Shown piece by piece: positions 55,501 through 62,999 of a DNA stretch of 64,000 bases. A program made the translations under genes and the position numbers. This DNA is from Andalucia godoyi And28 (lineage: Eukaryota > Protista > Jakobida), in the NCBI GenBank assembly GCA_009859145.1, contig VRVR01000043.1, forward strand, positions 120,332-184,331, read 5' to 3'. The notes beneath the pieces are model-generated. The model did no database searches. It saw only the letters and a list, made by a program, of their open reading frames with translations, and had not been told where the DNA came from. The first letter of the stretch is position 1, and every line of letters starts with the position of its first letter.

Positions 55501-56903
55501 CGAACAATTTCAATCCCTTTGGCGATGACCACGAGAGCACTCCTGTCGGTCCTGCTTCCCGTGAACCCGCAGATTCCTGTCTGTCTGAGGCGCAATTTGA
55601 AGAAGTGAAGCTGTCCATGCAGGAAATCCTGCAGACTTCTTTTCAGGATCTGTTGGAACATCAGGCATTTTCCTCCTTTTCGGATACCCAAGCCGAGAGG
55701 GTGCAGCGTTCCGTGGAGGCAACGCTGCTTTCAGAGCGCTTCCGCGCCTTGGTCGCTGGGCGAGAGGAAGAGTCGCCATCGCTCTTGCGAGTGTGCAGTC
55801 TGGGAACCATGGTCGAACCGCTGGACGTTTCTTCTTTGGGACGTTTTGCGCCTGCGGAAGCCCAAACCGATGCGACCGTTTGTATTGTGGACTCCGCACA
55901 GTGGGAGGCTACGCATGCGCAGCTGGTCGAGATGCAGAGCAGCAAGACTGTATTGGAGCACCAAGTCCAAATGCTTCGCCAGCAGCTTGAATCTGTCCAA
56001 TCGGAGAAGGTCTTCCTGGAAGGTTTGATTGATGGGAGGATGCAGTACGTCTTAAAAACACACGAGTCTCTCGAGCTCGTTTTGGCAAAGCTGGAAAGTA
56101 GTACCAACAGAGCGGAAAAGCCAGCAAATGGCAGCTCGCGTCTGACTTTTGATGTTGCCTGCGACTCTCTTCCTGCAAGTGCGTTGCATGAGGATGACCA
56201 GTTCACCAACACACCTCTCAGCTCGCAGAGTGCAATGTCTGAATTTCGAGCCATGTTTTCCAAGATTTCTGAAGAAATTGCAGCGTTGCAGCGTTCCTCG
56301 CGCCCTTCGACGACGTATGCAGATGATCAGTGCACGCGCAAAGAACCGGAGCCGTCTTTGCTGCTGTCATCTGGATTCTTAACTGGCTTCGTCGCGCCCT
56401 CAACGCCTGTGCATGTGTCTCATTCTCTTGATTTTGTTCCACTGTCCGATGAAATGGAGGCCTCGACCATGCGGATGATCACCCGCATCTTGGATCGTGC
56501 AGACTGGATTCGACTTTCTCTGAACAGTGCAGATTTGCGGCGTGTTATGCCGTTTGCGACGTCTCATGATGATGCGGTTGTGAAGTCTCGCGAAATTCTT
56601 GCAGAGGGCGTCGAGAAGAGCACCGAGTTTCTCTCGGACGTCGAGAAGTTCTGCGTACAGTATGGAAAACAGCCGTCGCCGTGGACGGGTTCGTGCTTCC
56701 GGATGGCGCGGCTGCTGCGAGAAGTCTGTTCTCTCAAGCTTACTCTGCTGGACCTGACGTGGCAAATCAATAAGATCGCCGAAGAAAAAGATTCCAAATT
56801 TCGCTCTCTGTTGCACAAGGCAAGCAGCAAGAAAAAGGTGCTTGCCTCCGACGATGCCGACGATATCCGCTTCATGTGGGAGTTCCATCGCGGCAAGCCG
56901 TGA
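49530..56903 (+). CDS. Large WD40-repeat protein with a long central xQT-motif-rich region and a C-terminal coiled coil
   Basis: WD repeats (QIWCGGRSGKIAVFD, VWTGSADRTIRMW, GHTRAVTAI..AWSGDESGSIRAW), at least 20 xQT motifs, and a coiled coil near THAQLVEMQSSKTVLEHQV. ATG at 49530. Confidence 0.8.
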   Translation: MKPAASGQTSRSRAPSNAGVASPASLAVPGVISRPRAPSSAIKPSGSGFATPSTPLRSQFPISSSLRVPDASPSPPKSVPPSGLKIMGAPLAGVRCMAVVGDQIWCGGRSGKIAVFDAKRLSLMTSLQSPLKEAVTSICGMGDRVWVGYSTGAVEVWRDMRYERQAYSCSTSMAAGVLEMMVVAKSQIWVASQDFTVRIFDYSTGDPIAVISAHENWVEALCEVAPLEQVWTGSADRTIRMWKIKDFSSVGQLEGHTRAVTAIAFRGKYAWSGDESGSIRAWSISTRSCVLVIPSGQFSGIARIVSTPSSLWTCGVGKHIMIFDAETKRGIRALETKSSKYVSSMVMHGRYMWTGSTDVRVFDVGEEWTEELQIEEALEIQQAVEAAEKEPASQETEMVEPVVLLEPTMVADITAASDFGDEDRNSGEGDNENPPVVDDEGTPVESSDVDVDELLNANSDELTVQIPDSPKTTFLRQQSLRHLLGPHYAVSTQTVKTCAGECDNWTQAAIVNAASAVQTEPANVRFACEQTDTVLSAVASEQTDVLQCSSSECQVSTVMLDCTAQSDSNVFLSISTCTDDLGTVASKGFQMSSEFSHSLSQSELTHNDIQKFQDRIVAFETAEHNRIFSEASRLDDETSKRPSLCESISQTDSVMTPAVLHYTSEVFVDIPSSSLMTMQASTQVSPDSISSSLQTDSVETYSVQVFTETADVVSISSQTLADRCSTISQSDLSAKDIFAIESESEQRRCETERILAILNRPTPERASRLVQASLQRDLSVVALPTHIIDTHREVSHVASSTFNEVRDSASQNDPKISVSRDVLTERTVSVSCAVQSTAETLSAFVQSTLSSSEIDVYAAEFARIQALSLVDRECQAEMKPQSVDAYTHVDDCLLVLPAAVVPTTMSSSAVMTEVLQCMNAGCQMSPDVLPVSSQSDVHGITVDCALAFKAQWDAVRNGCRSITSQTRSRVLSAISNDVISVLSTSRSSVSCQESADHRVSFSQTDTKPMLSQSVWTLPPSATDSAVQHIWPATCEYTTQTDGPMEPDEIVAQQVVAEESGNSVRSHKQSPTRDAETSIRTLLADAGTVMPACNLTEREVSAVASNLSAGTQKDDVQTHSVWTTMDHEIRGCCSSASQSFFEEDSIPTQTPAVVQLDVGTYSETLHHHHGATQTVSHVVADVGVSTSVLVLDAGTLAHEPLTSSCTQHDAALFVRDAFCVTEPVRMLPFTEVFGVGIQAEPRQHSDASTDVPRCLVFDVSSQNEVFFKSQSTGSDSQGMEIPAPIVAPHFPENSMVSIASVSCSTDLCGISDMANLLNLRVVPGVTCTDVSTEPIPSSSACQGLQTEPSLFSFDVCIGAAPSLTAAEVQTAALPLTSHLSTQSEHPILVDGAVSAVVPTHTSSSMTDLVSASHIGTSPACVFQIEVASATDCAKQNAASTDTQTERLQWNVSWRILLVSQDCQTDSLDDDDAISEVFSEAVETVHGEHSAHPRFVDGPIRESSRACESFSQTDASVFHLRTQGVQSERNVESRSCQHAFDVVGLHVFEKECMCCPVLESVAIECPSAETFPISAQTMSFGADMGSSTDPLSRSSWSSLCRISYQEMGVQASEVLKAVRAVEQSTEMLAIPHRCVAEYGYQTDLAPSGREQCCWTELCVASDASSNTLERDKRDQHCSTEDLCMFDGSLSAALVSLKEDVNQQTCRISTSLESISSTLSAQMASLREELAKREREFLNQFEGHASLLGSRSAPSDAETDTIRVHIFANLDSDALSVSLFSRDADYVCSYLSSTVNFQAERLASLSKNMSTSLQEWNLNRNFPLADRSAANSSLLLLSEVQLLFSSQKESVAELDRLVRNVTQSQTRSASSQHEEVIDALNSLSSDIRAVQSSVAAVSTRTAVFKDVELQTSARDFSSSDTPDLKITVVDDGLAISDAQFASHTAMPMTEDSSSVSLKESLSRIEALLSQHVALSNAISSPEESKHGTSQYATSNNFNPFGDDHESTPVGPASREPADSCLSEAQFEEVKLSMQEILQTSFQDLLEHQAFSSFSDTQAERVQRSVEATLLSERFRALVAGREEESPSLLRVCSLGTMVEPLDVSSLGRFAPAEAQTDATVCIVDSAQWEATHAQLVEMQSSKTVLEHQVQMLRQQLESVQSEKVFLEGLIDGRMQYVLKTHESLELVLAKLESSTNRAEKPANGSSRLTFDVACDSLPASALHEDDQFTNTPLSSQSAMSEFRAMFSKISEEIAALQRSSRPSTTYADDQCTRKEPEPSLLLSSGFLTGFVAPSTPVHVSHSLDFVPLSDEMEASTMRMITRILDRADWIRLSLNSADLRRVMPFATSHDDAVVKSREILAEGVEKSTEFLSDVEKFCVQYGKQPSPWTGSCFRMARLLREVCSLKLTLLDLTWQINKIAEEKDSKFRSLLHKASSKKKVLASDDADDIRFMWEFHRGKP

Positions 56904-57015
56904 GTTGTGAAACCCTTGACCTGTCGCGACAGATCCTCCGGCCCGCCACTGACTGTTTAGCAACAAATAAGAAAAACGATCAGCTTGCCCCACTCTGTGA
57001 CGCTCTCTCGCTGTC

Positions 57016-57145
57016 ACACCTACATTGTACACTAATCCACGGATAATCATCGCTGATTACCCATAATCAATGCTGCAACCCAATCATGCTCTGCATGATC
57101 GGGAAGAGGGTAGGCCCCAACACGCCTCTCGGCATGAGAGACGTT
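57016..57145 (-). ncRNA. Putative Fanzor omegaRNA scaffold of E3
   Basis: Hairpins 57143-57123, 57103-57079 (11 bp) and 57072-57030 (about 19 bp, GCGA tetraloop). GCCTAC (57115-57110) pairs with GTAGGT (57023-57018). Confidence 0.78.
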
Positions 57146-57265
57146 CCCAAGATAGATGTAGATGTTGCGGTGGAGATGTCATGGGTCTTGCCGCAGCGTT
57201 GCGGGCATGACGGACACGGTGCGTTGCATGGACAATAAAAACGAAAATAAGAAATGAGCGCCGGT
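57016..57265 (-). mobile_element. E3: minimal Fanzor2 derivative (zinc finger and RuvC-III scraps plus an omegaRNA-like end); left end uncertain, possibly up to 57471
   Basis: Minus strand: RCGKTH (57198-57181), RNIY(IY)LGN (57169-57143), GTTGGGGCCTACCC, and a terminal AGTGTACAATGTAGG shared with E1 and E2. Confidence 0.8.
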
Positions 57266-57660
57266 GTGCGAGAATGCAACGCGGCGGTGTGTTTATAGGG
57301 ATTTCATGATCGAAATGGAGCGAAACGAATCGGGCATCGTGTGACGAAGTTGTTTAAGATAACAAACGCATGCGCATGGCGCGTGGCAGTGTGCCTGGTT
57401 ACGTGTGCTTGAGATTGCTTCATCATACCGTATCGCAATAAGTGGCAGCGGTGTCACGGTGTCTTCGCTGTCTGTCACACTTGCACTTCCCTTTCTGGGT
57501 TTCCCCTCCCCGAAAATCGAAAATTCCCGACATCCCGAAATTGTATCGCAAGTTTGAGCCTCGACTTTTCGTTTGTTCCGTTTCCATTCCTGTCGTTCAA
57601 TAAAAGACGCCTGATCATCGTACTTATCACAATATAGGAGTTGCGGTGTTTTACGAATTG

Positions 57661-58764
57661 ATGGACGCGTTTCAAGTGTTTAAGAGTGCTCCTTCGAGTT
57701 TTCGATCCAGAACGGAAGCGTTTGTCTATGCGGTCCATTCGTTTCTGATCGAGTCTGGGTTTGAAGTCGCCCATAAGGAGGATGCGACAACGACTGGGGC
57801 TGAGACCGGGGCTGGAACTGGGGCTGGAACTGGGGCTGGAACTGGGGCTGGAACTGGGGCTGGGGCTGGGACTACGACTTCGCGGACGGTTCCGAGTGCT
57901 TCTTGGAACAGCAATCCCGAGTTGATTATGATGCAGTACTGCCATCCCAGGGTGCTTCCGTCGTCTGCGGTCGTCACGGTGAAGTTCGTGCCTCTCGGTC
58001 CGGATGCTCTTGCGATTCACGCGAGGTCTGATCAGCCGGCGTCCTCGCCGACCATTTCGTTGCAGTTCAATCCTCTGGAATGGACGTCTGGTGATATCGC
58101 AGCGGCCCAATTGGAACTTGCGATATTAAAGCCTGGAGCACTGCGGGAAATCATCTCTTCGCATCTGGTCGACCGTCTTCTGGCACCAAAGCCGCTGCAG
58201 GAGTCCGAGTCCCACCAAACCTCCGAATCTGGCCCATCTTTGAGCATTTCGCAAGATCGGCAACAACCGCGTTCCAGACTGCTGGAGGACGATCCTTACA
58301 GCAGTGGCAGTGGCAGTGGCAGTGGCAGTGGCAGTGGCAGTGGCAGTGGTAGTGGCGTCGGGGGCATTCCTACGCTTGCTCCTGGTTCTTCGCCGTTCAG
58401 CATTGGGCGTGATGATCTTATGCCTGCTGGCGGCGTGTTTCCAAGACAGCCGTTCTTGCCCAGCGGACCACGGCTTCCTGGATCTGGCCTGGGTGGAGGA
58501 GGTTCAGTTGTGGGGCCAAATCATCCGATGTTCAACCCTGGGGGCTGGTCAAGGTTCCCAGGCTCATCCCCAGGTCCAGGATCGTTCTTTGGGCCGGACG
58601 GAAGAGTGCTTCCCCCAGGCGCAGTACCTCCTGGAGCACGGTTCGATCCTTTTGGACCCCCAGTTCCTCCGGAGCTTGCAGGACGCGGCGGAAGAGGCTC
58701 CGGCATCGGTGGCGATCCAAACCCGGATCATGAACGGCCGCCCACCGACCACATGTACATGTGA
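57661..58764 (+). CDS. PSMF1: Proteasome inhibitor PI31
   Basis: FP-domain start (AFVYAVHSFLIESGF), IGRDDLMP, PGARFDPFGP and a C-terminal HbYX tail HMYM. Internal GAGT and GS tandem repeats. Confidence 0.88.
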   Translation: MDAFQVFKSAPSSFRSRTEAFVYAVHSFLIESGFEVAHKEDATTTGAETGAGTGAGTGAGTGAGTGAGAGTTTSRTVPSASWNSNPELIMMQYCHPRVLPSSAVVTVKFVPLGPDALAIHARSDQPASSPTISLQFNPLEWTSGDIAAAQLELAILKPGALREIISSHLVDRLLAPKPLQESESHQTSESGPSLSISQDRQQPRSRLLEDDPYSSGSGSGSGSGSGSGSGSGVGGIPTLAPGSSPFSIGRDDLMPAGGVFPRQPFLPSGPRLPGSGLGGGGSVVGPNHPMFNPGGWSRFPGSSPGPGSFFGPDGRVLPPGAVPPGARFDPFGPPVPPELAGRGGRGSGIGGDPNPDHERPPTDHMYM

Positions 58765-58981
58765 GTTCCTTTTCCCCCCGCGCCCTTGGTGCAGCGGTAG
58801 CAGAGACGACGCAGCATAAAGAGTATTTAAAAAAAAGAGGATGTTCGACGCCAAATGTTGGACTTTGGAAAGAAAAATGTTTAATTCTCTTTTTTTAATT
58901 ACTTTCTTGCTGTTGCATAAATATACAAACATATATATATACATATATATATATATACACAACATACTGTATGGGGATGTC

Positions 58982-60601
58982 TCAATGGAGGGGTTCGACT
59001 GCACATGGGCAGTCATCTGCGCAGAGCCGCACGTCCTTGCAAACTTGTAAAAGATGCGCTCGAAGACTCGTGATCTCCTCGGCAAGGAGCAGTTCGAGAG
59101 GCGGCATGGACCGGAGAGAAGAGAGAACATGTCCGCGAACTTCAGGAGGGAAGGTGCGGAAGACCGACTCGGGAAGTCCAAGCAGCAGGACAGAAGCAAG
59201 CTCTGGAGCAAGAACCCACCGCGGCGATCTCTTGATGGACTCTTGAATCACAGTAAACATGCGTGTTCGTTTCACGTCCATCAGCAACGATGCCATTCCG
59301 TTGCGATGATTCGTGCAGGCATGCATCACAATTCGGAAAGTAAACGACCGCAGCGCGTCGTTTAGTGATTTGGGTAACGATTCGAAGAGGGTGCGAAACA
59401 CAATCCGAGTCTTTTCGTCCAGCGCAGTGCATTTCTCGGCAGAATTGCAATGCTCCCGACGTCCCTGGCTCTCTGTAAACTGCTGGTGTTGCTGCTGGTG
59501 CTGGTGATGGTAGTAGTCGAATCTGGTAATGACACCTGCAGTCACGGTGACAGGGGAGACGGGAGGCTGGTTTCGGAGAGGGGATTCGTGGGATTGGTTC
59601 ATGAGTGCCGCTTCAAAGTGCGGTCCTATGCTTGCGACATGCTCAACAAACCTGGCCGCAATATCGCGCAATGGTTCCGCAGCGTGGTTCTTCACCGAGC
59701 TCAGCACGTCTTCTTCCGCTCGCTGCACAACCGCCCAACCTCGACTCTGTTGTGTTGCCGAGTCCTGCGCGATCATGGCCCTGTACATCAGCGGCAGCGG
59801 AACCCACCACGGTCCATGCTTGAACCGTGCCACATCCAAGACAAGAATTGCATCCTTGGAGGGGCAGTACGCAGCAATTGGTGAAAAATGCCCTTCCCCT
59901 GTCTGTCCACACTCTTTTCTGCTAAAGTTCACTACTAGAATCGACTCTGGCGACCGAACGCTATTCACCACATCCTGCCGAAACTGCTCTTCACTCTTGG
60001 TCCCCCCGTCCGTTGCTTGCGTCCCCAAAACGCCGGCATCCTCGACCACTCGCCGAAAAGGGCGAAACTTCTGTACTGACGCTCCGTTCCACAGAGCAAG
60101 CTCGCAGAACTCGTCCAGGTCGATTCCGTGAATATGTGCATCATGCAGCGGAAAGCATGCCAAGAGCATTTCCTCGGAGTACCATCTCCACGGGCCCTTC
60201 CATATCTTTCCGGGATCACACCCCAGAGCATTCAGCGCAATCACCAGTGTCGCAAGCCCGCAATATGCAGGTTCTGATTGCGTGTGAAACGTGGTGGAAA
60301 GCTGAAAGTACGAGTCCGCAAGCCCCGCATCCAGCGATTCTCGGAACATCTCCTTTCCTTCGCGCGACGGGAAAGGCGTGAGATGCGCAGGAAGCGAACG
60401 CATGTAAAATCCAGGAATATGGCCACAATCAGGACACTGTTCTGCGGACGTCAGAATCGATACCGCACTTGTCGTCGGCGCTTGACCTCGTTGCATCGTC
60501 TCATGAGATGAAGAAGAAGAAGACGCAAAAAGACGCATGGAAACTCCTCGGATGCACAACAGCCGCGGACGCACAACTACTGTCCGCAGACGTGAGAGCA
60601 T
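58982..60601 (-). CDS. PCS: Phytochelatin synthase with an N-terminal presequence-like extension
   Basis: Catalytic triad motifs QSEPAYCGLATL (Cys), GEGHFSPI (His) and LVLDVARFK (Asp); also WKGPWRWYSEEML. ATG at 60601. Confidence 0.92.
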   Translation of the reverse strand: MLSRLRTVVVRPRLLCIRGVSMRLFASSSSSSHETMQRGQAPTTSAVSILTSAEQCPDCGHIPGFYMRSLPAHLTPFPSREGKEMFRESLDAGLADSYFQLSTTFHTQSEPAYCGLATLVIALNALGCDPGKIWKGPWRWYSEEMLLACFPLHDAHIHGIDLDEFCELALWNGASVQKFRPFRRVVEDAGVLGTQATDGGTKSEEQFRQDVVNSVRSPESILVVNFSRKECGQTGEGHFSPIAAYCPSKDAILVLDVARFKHGPWWVPLPLMYRAMIAQDSATQQSRGWAVVQRAEEDVLSSVKNHAAEPLRDIAARFVEHVASIGPHFEAALMNQSHESPLRNQPPVSPVTVTAGVITRFDYYHHQHQQQHQQFTESQGRREHCNSAEKCTALDEKTRIVFRTLFESLPKSLNDALRSFTFRIVMHACTNHRNGMASLLMDVKRTRMFTVIQESIKRSPRWVLAPELASVLLLGLPESVFRTFPPEVRGHVLSSLRSMPPLELLLAEEITSLRAHLLQVCKDVRLCADDCPCAVEPLH

Positions 60602-60731
60602 GGCACATCGGAGCAGCTTGAGTATATTCAAACAGCCAAAAACAATACAAAACAAAACAAAACAAAAAGAAAAGATAAGAAAATCGAAGGGGCGCTTCTA
60701 TAACTCCGGCAATTCCTCAAAAGCCTTTCAT

Positions 60732-60849
60732 CCCGTTTCCCTTTTCCCTTTTTCTTTTTCCCGTTTCCTTTTTCCTTTTTCCCTTTTCCCGTTTCCCGTT
60801 TCCCTTTTCCCGTTTCCCGTTTCCCTTTTCCTGTTTCCCGTTTCCCTTT
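60732..60849 (-). repeat. Degenerate heptamer repeat CCC(G/T)TTT; G-quadruplex-capable on the minus strand
   Basis: More than 10 GGG runs spaced by AAA(A/C) on the minus strand, upstream of PCS. Confidence 0.75.
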
Positions 60850-61099
60850 GTTGTGTCAAAAGAAAATGTTAAATAAACGCACTGTTGTGTTCGTTTTTTG
60901 ATATTTTATTTTTACCTTTTATTTGGGGCATCACGTCGCTCTAAACTTCGCCGCGCGTTGTCGGTTTATCCCTTTTCGTCGTCTTCATCCTTTTTCTTTG
61001 TGCGTATTCTGAATAGTAAGTTAAACACATAGTAGTTTATTTTGGTTTTTAAGAGTACTCTTTATGACAAAAACGACTACATTGGGTGTGCGCCCTCGC

Positions 61100-61300
61100 A
61101 TGAGTCATCGAGAAGCGGTTCCGGGATTCCGAACCAATCGACGTGTAGTGCACAGCGAGCAAACTGTTGCGGCTGTTGGAAATGACCTTGTATAACCTTT
61201 ACATTTCGGGTCCACCAGCACCCAAAGACGGGTGCGCATGAAGATGTCTGCGAATCCAGCGATGCGCCGTTCTTGTGTCGGAATCCACCAGGAATTCCTA
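61100..61300 (-). pseudogene. Possible decayed retroviral-type integrase core fragment
   Basis: LWVLVDPKCK...PTAATV in one frame and WFGIPEPLLDD in another resemble the rve blocks VxVDxFSK and FGxPxxIxSD. Requires frameshifts. Confidence 0.25.
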
Positions 61301-61555
61301 GTGCAGGCGAGTTGGAGTCTCGTATAGGACGTCCGTGAAGACTGTAGATGATGTGCATGAGAATATGTCTGGTTCTGCCGGACATTTCACGACTGTTCCC
61401 CACAACGGAAAAAATTACTTGGTTGAGACTAGAGAGATTAGACACTTGAAGCTAGGTGCTCTACAGTAAGTTTACCCCCCAACGAGAGGCATTTTGGGGA
61501 ACTGAAACGTCTGCTTTTCCCAAAAGCACCAAACAGAGAGATGAAGCGAGAGTCG

Positions 61556-61558
<3 letters not shown>

Positions 61559-61601
<43 letters not shown>

Positions 61602-61643
61602 ACAGACAGACAGAAAGACAGACAGACAGACAGACAGACAGAG
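61559..61643. repeat. Compound (CA)n-(CAGA)n microsatellite
   Basis: About 20 CA units followed by about 10 CAGA units. Confidence 0.92.
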
Positions 61644-61838
61644 ATGGGGTCGAGGACGGCAATGGCGGTGTTTGTTGGGTCCGGTGTTTTGTTATGCGGG
61701 GTAGTTTGGTTTGTGATGAAGGACCAGCGCGACAGTCGTTTACGAATGAAGGAAGGCATCAAGCGCGATATGGAACGCGTCGAATGGAGACGACGGGAAT
61801 TAGCAGCTCAGTTACAGCAACCGGAACCGCCACGATGA
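61644..61838 (+). CDS. PET117: Cytochrome c oxidase assembly factor PET117-like
   Basis: 64 aa: N-terminal TM helix then KDQRDSRLRMKEGIKRDMER, matching the PET117 pattern QxxDxxxMxxGVxRDxER. Confidence 0.75.
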   Translation: MGSRTAMAVFVGSGVLLCGVVWFVMKDQRDSRLRMKEGIKRDMERVEWRRRELAAQLQQPEPPR

Positions 61839-62240
61839 TTTTGGAGCACTCTTATCTACTGAATATTGGAACCTTGCAGTGCTTGAGAGAAAATTATCGA
61901 ATGGGGGGATTTATTACGCTGTACGAAAACAAAAGAACAGAAAAGAGAGAGAGAGAGAGAAAAGCGAAGAAGAAGAAGAGGAAGAAGAGGAAGAAAAAGA
62001 GAATGATTTTCCATCCGTGATGAACAACCAGAAGAGAGGACGCACATTGCACGGTGTCGTCATGCTCATTGAGAATTTAGTCCCTCGCTTGAGCGTTCTC
62101 CTCGATTTGATTAATCCATGCTGACTTTTCTTGTGAAACTTAACCCTAAATACAGCTTTCTTCTTTCTTTTCCCTCCTTTTTTGTTTTTTGTTGAAAGAG
62201 AAACAAAACAACGACGACGACGTCATTGCAAAGTGCGCGA

Positions 62241-62967
62241 TCAAGAGTGGTACATTCTCTGGCCAACTGCCGAGATTGCGGGGTTTCTCATCTGCGGTTG
62301 GTTCGACATCTGCATGGGCACGGCTGAAAACGGAGAGTTGTATGGATGCATCATTTCCGAATAGGCTGCGGGGCGCATGGACGCAGGAGGCACACCGGCG
62401 TTTCGAGGCGGCTGCATCGGCGTCTGCAGGGGAAACGACGTTCCAAAGTCTTCTGGGTTCTCGCGCCGGTAAGGAAGCGGGGCTCCCATATAGCCGCTTG
62501 GAATCGATCGACCAACACCCGCAGTGCTCTGTGCGTTCATCATGGGGGGCTGCTGTCCCGGCTGTGATTGCTGGGACTGTTGCTGCGATGGATTGCCAGA
62601 CTGTCCTCCGTAAGGACCAGACGGATAGGGCAAGTATGAACTCGGAGCAAACTGGGCCTGCGCTTGTTGACCGGGCTGGCTCGGCATCCCAGGCATGTAA
62701 GGAGCCGACGACGCATAGTTTGCATACTGTCCGCCTGCTTGCTGTTGCATCGCAACCTGCATGTTGTTCGCGGGCATGCCGGAGTGCATATTCGGGCCAC
62801 CGGGAAAGAACGCATTGGGCAGTCCACTGTGCAAACCCGCTTGCATTCCGCCGTACTGCATGTTCCCCGACGTCTTGTTGAATTCTGCCATTTGTTGAGC
62901 TTGTTGTTGTTGCTGCTGCTGTTGTTGGTGGTGCTGAAATTGTTGCATCTGCATCTGCATCTGCATT

Positions 62968-62999
<32 letters not shown>

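Noticed and set aside
57181-57215. Alternative reading VMPATLRQ as a TnpA HTH remnant in E3
   Set aside because: The RCGKTH frame aligns codon by codon with the E1 zinc finger with mostly third-position changes, which is better supported.
57797-57870. 12-bp tandem repeat (GGGGCTGGAACT) and the (AGTGGC)n repeat at about 58301-58357 as a CRISPR-like array
   Set aside because: These are spacer-less, in-frame coding repeats (GAGT and GS) inside PI31.
60732-60849. Interstitial telomeric repeat
   Set aside because: The unit is CCC(G/T)TTT, not CCCTAA or CCCTAAA.
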